This document shows positions 29,677-39,500 of a DNA stretch of 64,000 bases, in pieces (positions within the stretch are counted from its first letter, which is position 1; each line of letters opens with the position of its first letter). The notes under the pieces were generated by a model. It worked only from the letters and a program-made list of their open reading frames with translations. It was not told the DNA's origin and did no database searches. Where the stretch lies: positions 57,824-121,823 of IMG/VR virus record IMGVR_UViG_3300021962_000035. One strand, 5' to 3'. The translations under genes were made by a program, and so were the position numbers. Source of the stretch: a virus.

Positions 29677-29704
29677 TCACTTTAAAAAGAAATAAAACAA
29701 CAAA

Positions 29705-30619
29705 ATGGCAACAGTAAACATTACAGAAATTTTAGGAACCGATTCCATCTCAGGATCTAGAGTAACTATCAATTCCAATTTTCTTATTCTACAAAACTGG
29801 ATAAACGGGTACGTTACAGTTTTTGGAGTAGACTCGGTGAATGGTATATTAGATCTTAGCTCAGCTTCAACAGGTAAAGTTCAGGCAAAAATAGGAGCTT
29901 TTGATGCTATATCAGTACCTAGTACAGGAACGGTCAAAGCATCTATTAGCAACCTTGGAGCTGCTGGATTCGTTGACGTTCAGACTACCACTTTAACGGC
30001 TTCGGGAGCGGTTACACTAAACGGAGCGGTTACTTACGGAACTGGCTCAGTATTTACGGTAGGTGGAACGGCCAGCTTCAACGGAAGCTTTAGCGCTAAT
30101 GCTGCTTTAAACCTAGGAACACAGGGTCACATAGTAAGTGCTAACACTACATATCAAACAGGTTTAACAGCAGGATCTGCTTTCCCTGCCAATACTTCAG
30201 GTATCGGAGGCGGTGGACGTATTACTTCAGTGAACTCCCCTTATGCAATAACTGGTTTAGAAGACGTTATTTATGCAAATTGCGGTCCAACAGGATTTTT
30301 CATGAAGGTTGTTGACGGAACTTCCCCTGTAGGAGGTACTTTACCTAACATTCCTCAAGGAACTAGAATTACCATTATTAACACTTCAGCAGCTACTGGT
30401 TACATCTATACTGGTTTAACCGGAACTACCTCCACTTATTATACTGGATTTAATACCAGTGCTTCTTACGGAGGATATTCTTCTACTGGTATCGTTCTAA
30501 CCGCTAGTAAATCGTACAGATCAGCGGTAACTTTACAATGGGAATCTAGAGTTGGACAAGGCCAGGCAACACAAAATGGTTCTTGGATAGTTCTAGCTTC
30601 TACTAATGCTACGGTTTAA
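29705..30619 (+). CDS. Short tail fibre/baseplate appendage protein
   Basis: N-terminal D-S-x-S-x-x-R-x-x-INSNF docking motif (gp9/gp10-like); beta-rich Gly/Thr/Ala body; C-terminal GSWIVL. Confidence 0.65.
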   Translation: MATVNITEILGTDSISGSRVTINSNFLILQNWINGYVTVFGVDSVNGILDLSSASTGKVQAKIGAFDAISVPSTGTVKASISNLGAAGFVDVQTTTLTASGAVTLNGAVTYGTGSVFTVGGTASFNGSFSANAALNLGTQGHIVSANTTYQTGLTAGSAFPANTSGIGGGGRITSVNSPYAITGLEDVIYANCGPTGFFMKVVDGTSPVGGTLPNIPQGTRITIINTSAATGYIYTGLTGTTSTYYTGFNTSASYGGYSSTGIVLTASKSYRSAVTLQWESRVGQGQATQNGSWIVLASTNATV

Positions 30620-30644
30620 TTAGAATAAAAATAAAAGAAATTTA

Positions 30645-32846
30645 ATGGCAAAGACACCATTTATAAGGCCACTACAAGTACAAGGCGGAACATTTTACAC
30701 ATTCTCTTCTTCTGCAGAGGATCTGTCTTTTACGTTTAATAGTTCGGATAGCAAATTTAGATTCTCTAAATTCGCTTTGTTGAATATTCCAAATATAGAC
30801 AACAACGCATCTACTCAGACAAACTATATAAGACTAAATGGACCTGATAGTGCTTTTCTAGACTGGGCAAACAACACGCAACAAATTATAACTGGTGACG
30901 CAAACATAGATTTTTCTCAAAGTTTTCAAAGTTATTGCTTAAATATAGAATCAACTATAACTGGAGACGATCAATACGATTCAAGCTTAAAACAAAACAT
31001 TTCTGAAAGAATATTTTTTAAGTGGCTAAAGGAAATAGGAGCTATAAGATATAGGGCTGCAAACTCTACCGAGGTTTCTCCTGCTCTAGATCAAAACACC
31101 GTTACTGTTGTCAATGATGTTCCTATAACTCAGAAAAGATATGTTGAAGGTGACGCATCCTATGGTACTACCGGAGCATACGGTATGACCGGAACAACAT
31201 ACAATAGAGTAGTTCAGTATGTGGGAAATTTGGATATAGTAAATTCTGTGAAGAATTCAACTAATGCTTATTCTGAAGTTTATGTTTATATTCCAACCAA
31301 AGATGGTAATACACCATATGTTCTTTTCAAGAACGTAACTGATCAGAATTATTATCCAGACTACCAATGGACAAACAATCCAGCTAATCCATTAAACGAT
31401 GAGTATTTATTCTCAAGAAATTATGACGAGACGAATCCTAGCGGATTAACAACTCTTGCTATATTCGATGATGATGTTTTAGGTTCTCCTACAGCTACTT
31501 ATTTTGACACTGGGATAAATGGTGCTACTGCAGCAGGTAACTGGTATTCACCAAGAGATACTGCTAACACATACTTCTCGGACGAACTATTTACCGATCC
31601 TGCTAACTACATATTAACTAAAACTGCAAATTCTCAAACATTAAGTTATGTAAGAAGCAAACTGGACTCAGTCGGGATAGATTTTGATCCTGATTCATAT
31701 CAGGAAATTCTTAGCAACTCTAACATTTCTACTCTTGAAGAATTTAATGCTACTGCGGAAGCATCTGACTTTGAATTTAATGCAGTTTTGATCTATTATG
31801 ATGTCTATGACCCAGCAAATCCTGCTACCTCAGCAACTAATCTTTATGGCGTACTATTTTTAGATGATGTAAACAGTGAAGGAGGAGACATATACATTCC
31901 TAGACTAAAAAAATATAGACCTAATCCAGTAACCAAATTAAACGGTAACTCTTATGGATTTAAGATCAATTTAAAATTTGATACTGACGTAGATCAAACG
32001 GGGGTAGAACAAGCTATTAACGACTACTCTCCATTCTCGCTTTCCATGTTCATGGACGCTATGAACGTTTTACAGGATGCAAGTTCAACTTTAAATAACG
32101 CATCTAGTGACTTCATACAGCTTAGCGATCGAGTTACAAACTTAGAAAACATAACCCTAAGTAGTCCTACTGCTATCAATATGGATAGAAGGATAGAGAA
32201 CATAGAAAGAACACTAGCTGCAAACCAGGCTTTATTTAACAATACACAGTCTGTAATGCAGTTAATAAATCAAAACTATGATCTAGTAAGGTCTATTCTA
32301 AATAATCAAACTAGCGTTGAAATATCATATGATTTAGACTTGGTTAAGCAAGGATCTGGTATCATTGTGGATAGAACGGTACCTAATCAGCTTTCGATTA
32401 TAAATGATTCTCAGGACTTTAATATCGGAGCAGATTCCGGCAGAGGAACTCTAACACAGAACGGACTTAATGAGATAAAGCTTCTTGATTATTCCAATTA
32501 CTATAAACACGTAAATAACGGAAACCCACTTACCCTTACTGGGGATATGACCATAAGATTAAAAGACGATCCTACCCGATGGAAGAAGGGACAGAGATTT
32601 AGATTATCTTTTGGCGACGAGATTTATCCTGGAGGGTTCATAATTAACATACTAACTAATTCTACGGGTCTATATCCTTTAAGTTCACCTAGTGGTGTTA
32701 GCTACTCTACATTGATCGTTTCATTAGACGACTCAGTATTCTCTCCGTACGACTATCTCCCAGTTTTTGACATAGTTTGTATAGACGATAAATCTTTAAA
32801 ATTCCAAGTAGATATAGTAGGAAAAAGTTTAACCAACAACCAATAA
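30645..32846 (+). CDS. Large putative structural protein
   Basis: 733 aa ORF within the structural run, with a coiled-coil segment; family not recognised. Confidence 0.75.
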   Translation: MAKTPFIRPLQVQGGTFYTFSSSAEDLSFTFNSSDSKFRFSKFALLNIPNIDNNASTQTNYIRLNGPDSAFLDWANNTQQIITGDANIDFSQSFQSYCLNIESTITGDDQYDSSLKQNISERIFFKWLKEIGAIRYRAANSTEVSPALDQNTVTVVNDVPITQKRYVEGDASYGTTGAYGMTGTTYNRVVQYVGNLDIVNSVKNSTNAYSEVYVYIPTKDGNTPYVLFKNVTDQNYYPDYQWTNNPANPLNDEYLFSRNYDETNPSGLTTLAIFDDDVLGSPTATYFDTGINGATAAGNWYSPRDTANTYFSDELFTDPANYILTKTANSQTLSYVRSKLDSVGIDFDPDSYQEILSNSNISTLEEFNATAEASDFEFNAVLIYYDVYDPANPATSATNLYGVLFLDDVNSEGGDIYIPRLKKYRPNPVTKLNGNSYGFKINLKFDTDVDQTGVEQAINDYSPFSLSMFMDAMNVLQDASSTLNNASSDFIQLSDRVTNLENITLSSPTAINMDRRIENIERTLAANQALFNNTQSVMQLINQNYDLVRSILNNQTSVEISYDLDLVKQGSGIIVDRTVPNQLSIINDSQDFNIGADSGRGTLTQNGLNEIKLLDYSNYYKHVNNGNPLTLTGDMTIRLKDDPTRWKKGQRFRLSFGDEIYPGGFIINILTNSTGLYPLSSPSGVSYSTLIVSLDDSVFSPYDYLPVFDIVCIDDKSLKFQVDIVGKSLTNNQ

Positions 32847-32859
32847 TATTAAAAAGTAA

Positions 32860-35800
32860 ATGGCAGGCACACAAAATTCCATAAGTTCATTAGTAGCTCA
32901 ATTCCTGAGACTTCAAAAAAATTCATTAGAAATTATAAATGGATTAAACGAAGTTGCGGTATCTACCAATAATACGGTTACTATTGAGGTCCTTGATGAG
33001 CAAGGTCTACCTCAGAACGCTAATATCCCATCTTACGGATTTCTAAGAGGAGAAATACAAAGAATAGACAACAATATAAAAGCTTTAGCAGGGATTAGCG
33101 AATCCTCAGCTACAGTAAGAAATCCTGATGGAACTTACTCACAAGTTTACAAATCGGAAACTTTAAAAGAGCCAGCAAGAATAACTAATCTATCAGTACC
33201 CAGTACTTTTGACGTTAAGGATAATTGGTTTTTTGAAAGCTTCTTAACTCCGCTTCTATACATAAACGTAAATGTAACTGGACAAATACCAGATTCTGCT
33301 GATAGAATAGTTGTTAAGAGAATTATAGCTAACACGACTACTGACGCACAGAAAGATTATTTTGATACTTCTCTTAAGGGACGAAATGATTTATCCTACG
33401 ATCAGTTCGTACAGGCTTTAACTGATAATGGTATAGGCTATTTCGTAGACGAAGACATTGCACAGCTTCCTTTAAGAACGATAAGATTCATTGGTAATTT
33501 TAGCGTTCTAAGCTACTATGATGATTTAGTTACTATAACGGATGCTAGCGGAAACACATTCCAAGAAACGAGAAGAAACTACAAGCTAGATAAATTATCT
33601 TATACTGATACGCTTAGCACATTCAGAGACGGAAGATCTCTTAATGTTGGAGACAAGATATCAACACAGGATGGATCTTTGTACCAGGTAACTTCTGTTG
33701 ATAGAGACCAATCTTCAATACAGGCTAAGAGGGTTTCTGGATATCAACCAATTACTCTCGGTGCAGGAACTCTCTCAATATCTTCTACCGATTTTGGACC
33801 AAGATATGCTCAGGTCAACATAGGATATAACGAGAGACAGGGGATTTTCTTTAAAGCGATAGATGATAATTTTAATATCGTTGCCGCTGTTTGGTCTACT
33901 GGTATAGTTTTCTGGAGTAATGAGCTACAGACAAAAAATCAAAACGGAACAGTCGTTAACTTGGAAACGTACTACCTGAGCGAAGTTTCCGACTTGGGTA
34001 AAATCTTTTTGGGAGCTGCTAAAGAAAATAAGGTACCAGCGGTTGAAGGTTTAGTTCCTAATGTACCGGTAGTAAATCAAACAAACTTCACTGTTGTACA
34101 GATTAATAAACAGGTAACTGAATCAACACCAATAAAGGTGATTAATGATAAGCTACAGGTTAAGTCTTCTATAAAAAATGAAATAGCAGCTCTAGACGAT
34201 TCCATCAACCAAGCTAAACTTCAACTAAACACTGGACTTGCAGCTATAAACGAGGGATCACTTCAGTTAACTAACGTTAGTGATAGTCCTATACTTGGAA
34301 ACAATCTAACTCCAGTTAGCGTAACCGGACAACAAAACACTCCAATTGGTGTTAACACTCAGGCAGTTAAAGCTAATCTATTCTCTTTAATAGGAGAAAG
34401 AGCTAAAAAAGTAGAACTTTATTCATCTCTTGTAACTGAGGTTAAAACTTTATCGATAGACGTTCCCCAAATAGTAACTCCACCTAAATATAGAGTTAGA
34501 GGATTTTGGCCTATACCTTCTCCGCAATTAAGTCCATCTACGGGAGCTCAGGAGGTAATACAATTCTCTGTTAGATATAGATATTTGAGCGACAGCGGTG
34601 CAGCGGTACCTTCAGAGCAGATAGAATTTATAGACAATGACGGAACTAGAAAAAATGCTGCTTTTTCTAACTGGACTGAATACAAGACTGATATCAGGAA
34701 GAAAGTTTATGACCCTAAAAGAGGTATTTACGTTTGGGCTCCAGAGGACACTTCAAATTCTAATGTACAGAACATTAATCAACTGGATCTTGCGATCACA
34801 AAGGGAGAAAAATTAGAAATTCAAATAGCTGCTATATCAGAAGCAGGTTGGCCTGACAATCCTCTAACCTCTGACTACTCACCTTCAGTTATAATTAGCT
34901 TCCCTGATAATTTATCTGTAACTGGTGTTGATGTTGCATTAAGAACAAATAGTGAAGATGCTGCAGTTAATAAAATGCAGGCAGAATTAAATGCTCAAGG
35001 TCTTCCTTCCCATCTTTCGCAACAATTTGTTGCTAATGATAAAACTTATTATCATGACTCAACAGGAATTGCTAGTGGATTCTATACAAATAGTGGGGGA
35101 GTAATAAATCTTTTCGATAAGATCACGGATTTACAAAATCAGATCTCAGTTCTTAAATCTCAATTAAGCCAAGCTAAGGGAGTACTTCAGGTGTTTATCG
35201 TTGATTCAAACAACAACAAGGTAAAAGTTTCTAAAGGTTCTACGGTTAAGCTTAACGCTGGATTTTATAACGAAATATACACAAATCCAACCACAACGGA
35301 CGCTGGTAAAGTTGCATCGGTAACTTATAACATCCAGCTTTTCAACGAGCAATCATCACCTGTTGAATTAGCTTCTGTTATACCAGGAGGTCTTGAAACT
35401 AAAGCACCTTCATCTATAGCTTCATCATATCCTGCTGGTTACAACGACAATCTAAGATACGGCGACGGACCAATATCATTAACTTCTCTCGTAGCAAGTA
35501 ATGTTGAAACGTCAACTGACTTTAGACAAGCACCTCCTTATGCTTCCTCGAGTGCTTATTCACAGTTTCTTTATCCAAGATACAGAAATATAGGATTTAA
35601 TCAGGTTCTTTATTATAACACGGCATTAACTGATATCGGTCAATACTTCACTAACGCTTACAGCTCTTCTTACACATACAATGGGGTTTCTTCTTCAACT
35701 CAAACTAACTTTGGTATTGATGGGGTTTATCCTCAGAATGGTACGATATTTACCCCATACGATCCTACACTTTATGCAGACTATAGCACAGTAACAGGGG

Positions 35801-36510
35801 GTACCGCAGCGGCTGTTTGGAACGGTACGTTTACCGGAAGTACTGGCGGTAATCCGGTAGGAAGCGGATATTTATCAGAATTCTGTATTCATACGAGTCA
35901 CCCTTATCTAACAAGCGTAGGAAGCTCTTATTCATTCACCAGCTATTCTGATATGGTTAAACCTTATAGTTCAACTGTAGTTAGCTACGCTCCTTTCAGA
36001 CACACCCAAACATTCTGGGGAGATACATCTCTTCCTCAATATTGGGTACAGCAATCTTTTAGAACCCCTATAACATTTGCTACTGGTGCTACTGCTTCTA
36101 GAGAAGATAATATGTATGCAGATAAATTAGGTTTCTCCGCTAATGACGAATACCTAATCGGTAAATATTCATGTGGGGCTTACCTATACTTAGGACCTGT
36201 TACTAACACGGTTTTACAAGTACCTGGAACTACTGCATTATCGGTAACTTATCTAGGAGAGGGAGAGACGAATGCAATAAACGTCCCTGTTATATTCCAA
36301 TTTAGAGCAGTCGATAAGCTTGGATATATCGGTGGATGGAGAAAGGCAGGAATACTTTCAAATATAACTTACACTAAGAAAATAGGTATAGATATTCAGC
36401 TTAGAAATGATGACGCATTTTCTTTCGATGTACAAGTTAGTGGATCTTACCAAAATGACACATTAGTAGCTCCTAATTTCGATAGCGGAATTAAAGCTCT
36501 TAATTTTTAA
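32860..36510 (+). CDS. Large putative structural (baseplate/tail) protein
   Basis: 1216 aa; N-terminal and central coiled coils, FN3-like VRYRY...WTEY segment. Confidence 0.75.
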   Translation: MAGTQNSISSLVAQFLRLQKNSLEIINGLNEVAVSTNNTVTIEVLDEQGLPQNANIPSYGFLRGEIQRIDNNIKALAGISESSATVRNPDGTYSQVYKSETLKEPARITNLSVPSTFDVKDNWFFESFLTPLLYINVNVTGQIPDSADRIVVKRIIANTTTDAQKDYFDTSLKGRNDLSYDQFVQALTDNGIGYFVDEDIAQLPLRTIRFIGNFSVLSYYDDLVTITDASGNTFQETRRNYKLDKLSYTDTLSTFRDGRSLNVGDKISTQDGSLYQVTSVDRDQSSIQAKRVSGYQPITLGAGTLSISSTDFGPRYAQVNIGYNERQGIFFKAIDDNFNIVAAVWSTGIVFWSNELQTKNQNGTVVNLETYYLSEVSDLGKIFLGAAKENKVPAVEGLVPNVPVVNQTNFTVVQINKQVTESTPIKVINDKLQVKSSIKNEIAALDDSINQAKLQLNTGLAAINEGSLQLTNVSDSPILGNNLTPVSVTGQQNTPIGVNTQAVKANLFSLIGERAKKVELYSSLVTEVKTLSIDVPQIVTPPKYRVRGFWPIPSPQLSPSTGAQEVIQFSVRYRYLSDSGAAVPSEQIEFIDNDGTRKNAAFSNWTEYKTDIRKKVYDPKRGIYVWAPEDTSNSNVQNINQLDLAITKGEKLEIQIAAISEAGWPDNPLTSDYSPSVIISFPDNLSVTGVDVALRTNSEDAAVNKMQAELNAQGLPSHLSQQFVANDKTYYHDSTGIASGFYTNSGGVINLFDKITDLQNQISVLKSQLSQAKGVLQVFIVDSNNNKVKVSKGSTVKLNAGFYNEIYTNPTTTDAGKVASVTYNIQLFNEQSSPVELASVIPGGLETKAPSSIASSYPAGYNDNLRYGDGPISLTSLVASNVETSTDFRQAPPYASSSAYSQFLYPRYRNIGFNQVLYYNTALTDIGQYFTNAYSSSYTYNGVSSSTQTNFGIDGVYPQNGTIFTPYDPTLYADYSTVTGGTAAAVWNGTFTGSTGGNPVGSGYLSEFCIHTSHPYLTSVGSSYSFTSYSDMVKPYSSTVVSYAPFRHTQTFWGDTSLPQYWVQQSFRTPITFATGATASREDNMYADKLGFSANDEYLIGKYSCGAYLYLGPVTNTVLQVPGTTALSVTYLGEGETNAINVPVIFQFRAVDKLGYIGGWRKAGILSNITYTKKIGIDIQLRNDDAFSFDVQVSGSYQNDTLVAPNFDSGIKALNF

Positions 36511-36534
36511 TATAATATAATTTGGGCTTAAAAT

Positions 36535-39500
36535 ATGTCTCAATCTAGACTTTTTGATTATAATTCTTCGTTCGCTGTAATTAGAACAAATCCTAAATTA
36601 ACGGGTAATTTTAAAATATCTGTTGATTCTCAAGGTGGAGTTTATTTCAATTCGATGAATGTAAATGACACTTTGAGTAATGATGCTTTTAAAAATTTCA
36701 ATATCAGCGGAGAGAACAGTTATGCTACGGATGTATCAGATTTCTTCAGAAACGGAAAGATATCCAATGATCTAATATTTCAGGTTGGAAATTTCACAAA
36801 CGGACAGGCACAATCGGCCCAAGATTTTTCAGATCAATATGATTTCTTTTATGCTAGCGGAGCATCATCTTTAGCTGATAAAAACTATCCCGAAGATTTT
36901 AGCTACTTCGCACCACTTTGGATTAAAAACGAGATCCCTGATTTCTTTGTAATATTTAAACTTAATGATCCATTAGATTATCCATATTCTAAGAACGTTA
37001 CCACTATCGAGCCTTTGACTAAATATAAAGTCATACAAGATTTTGATAGTTCAGAGACATTTAAGATTGCTTATGGTAAAACCCCAGCCGGAAATGATAT
37101 CTACTATTCATCGGGTGAAGTATTTACCGGAAAAACTAGCTCTACTACATATAGCGTAATATCAGGATCTGGTAAGGTTGCTATTTATAATGAGATTGAA
37201 TACTTATCCTCAGTTAATGATGTTTCGTCAACTTTCAGGAATAAGATCTTGAATAAAGCTACTGCAATAAAAACTTTCGATCTTAGAGAAAATACAAAAA
37301 TAGGTAAGTACATTAGAGCCCTCTTCAATAATGATCAATTCTCTAATTCACCTCTTGAGGTTAGTTGGGGATATGATTCTTATACGTATTATAAAGGTGC
37401 AAGCATATCCGATGGTGTTTACACTAAAAAAGGAGAGCTACTTAATCAATACCTTTCAACATCTAAGTCGGATCCTATGATAGATTTGGAGGATTATGTA
37501 ACCTCCGGATTTTCTAGAAATGGTATAGTTTGTCCCAATTTATTGAATCTTGAATTTTTCTTTGATGACGACGATTCAGATCTTTACACGATCAACAGAT
37601 ACATCGGAATGTATGTTTCTAGAAATGATATTGCTTCTATCCGAACCAACGGTAATTTCTTTTACGAATTCAGGAATATGGACGGTAACGAGAATACTCC
37701 AATCCCATCCAGAAATAATGTAGGATACTACTATAATAACACCCCATATGAAATCGGAGCTACTTCGGGCGTTAGAATTTTCTATGAAAATGGATCTGGA
37801 TTTTTACCCGGATCTGATAATGTAAATTTGCTTGATCCTAATAAGCTTTTTTACGTAACTGATAAAAATGACAGTTTCTATAGCTTAAAAAGATCTGAAG
37901 ATTATGCAGTTTATGGCGGAACCGGTCCTAAATATGCCTATGGTCCTTATAGTTACACTACCGAAACCTTTTCAGCAACAGGTTCAACTGGTGCTACTTC
38001 CGGATCTTTAGTTCTCCAGAATAAGACAATAAATCTTCTGAATTTCACAGGTAGCGATGATAAGCTTGCAACAATAAAGGGAGAGCTTGCTTTAGAACCA
38101 GGAAGGGCATACACTGAAATAGAATTCTTAAAAGCTTATGACAAAGAAAAGCCTTTAACTTTTAAGATATTCTGGCCTAACGGCTCTATGAAAGAAGGAC
38201 CAAGAAGATATGACACAGTTAGCTCTGGTGACTATTCTTCTATATTAATATGGACTGGTGGATCGTATTACTCAACTGGTAACTCATATTACTTTAATGC
38301 CTCTACTGGTACTACTAGCGAGATAGCTTCTGCTTTAGCTTCAGTTATAAAAGATATGGATGAATCCACGATGGACTCTGGATACGATTCTTCGTCTTCT
38401 ATAATAAGAGTTAAGAATCCTGGTACTTATGGTAACAGTGCATTTTCTATATCTGTTTTTGGCGACTATAAATCTTTTGAAGACAAATATGCTGGAACTT
38501 GGGATAATAAAACAACATACTCAGCTGATTCGATCGTATTATATGACGAGAACTACTATAAAGCCTCCGGATCTGTGGGTCCAACCGGGGGAAATCAATT
38601 TTCAGCAAATCCTGAACAGACAACCCTTTGGCAGGAATATTCTACGTTCTCTTACCCGGGATATCTTAAAATAAACGGTACCGACGCATCAGACCTAAAT
38701 AAGAATGTAAACTTTATAGGAGGAACTGTTAATAGAAACAATAGAATCATATTCAGCAGTAGCTATTCAGATCTAGTACTACCTGGATATTATGTCAACA
38801 CGGAGTCCGGATATTCTATGATAGAATCTGTTAATAAATTTGTAGATGTACCTAAAGTAGATCCGATAACAAGAAAGCCCGTCGGATTCGTTGACTTCTC
38901 TTATAAGTTAGTTTTAAATTTAAAGGACATCTATTCTCAAATAGATTTGGGATCTGATCAATCATTTAATGTATATGACTCAGCTTCATTAAACATAGGG
39001 GTCTTTACATTCTTCGATATGAAAGAATTTAATTTCGATTTCTGGAGTTCTGACTATGGATACACCCCAAATCCAGAGACTTATAAGTACTTTGAGATCC
39101 AGCCAAACACTCAGAATTCTATAGAAGCTAATGTACCGTATTTCGTTAAAAAGGGACAGATCAGTTATGGAGGAAACATTTATAATGCTGGGAATCTTTT
39201 CTATGGTGCAACGGGATATACATCCTTCTCCGTATCTGATCCTAGCTTAAATCTCAGTGCTTCCGCATTAACGTCAAGCTCTTCCGGTACATCTAACGTT
39301 CCTTCCGGTAATGTTGTTGTTTTCCCTGCACAGTATTCTGACGTCATATACAACTCTTCAACAAGCACTTATTCGGAAATAAACTATACCAGGGATTTGG
39401 AAGGATTCAGTGGATTCTTAGGGATCCAAGGATTACTTCTTGATCCTAAATCTGCTAATCCAACTAAAGAGCAGGTATTCTATTATGGAAAACTGAACAC

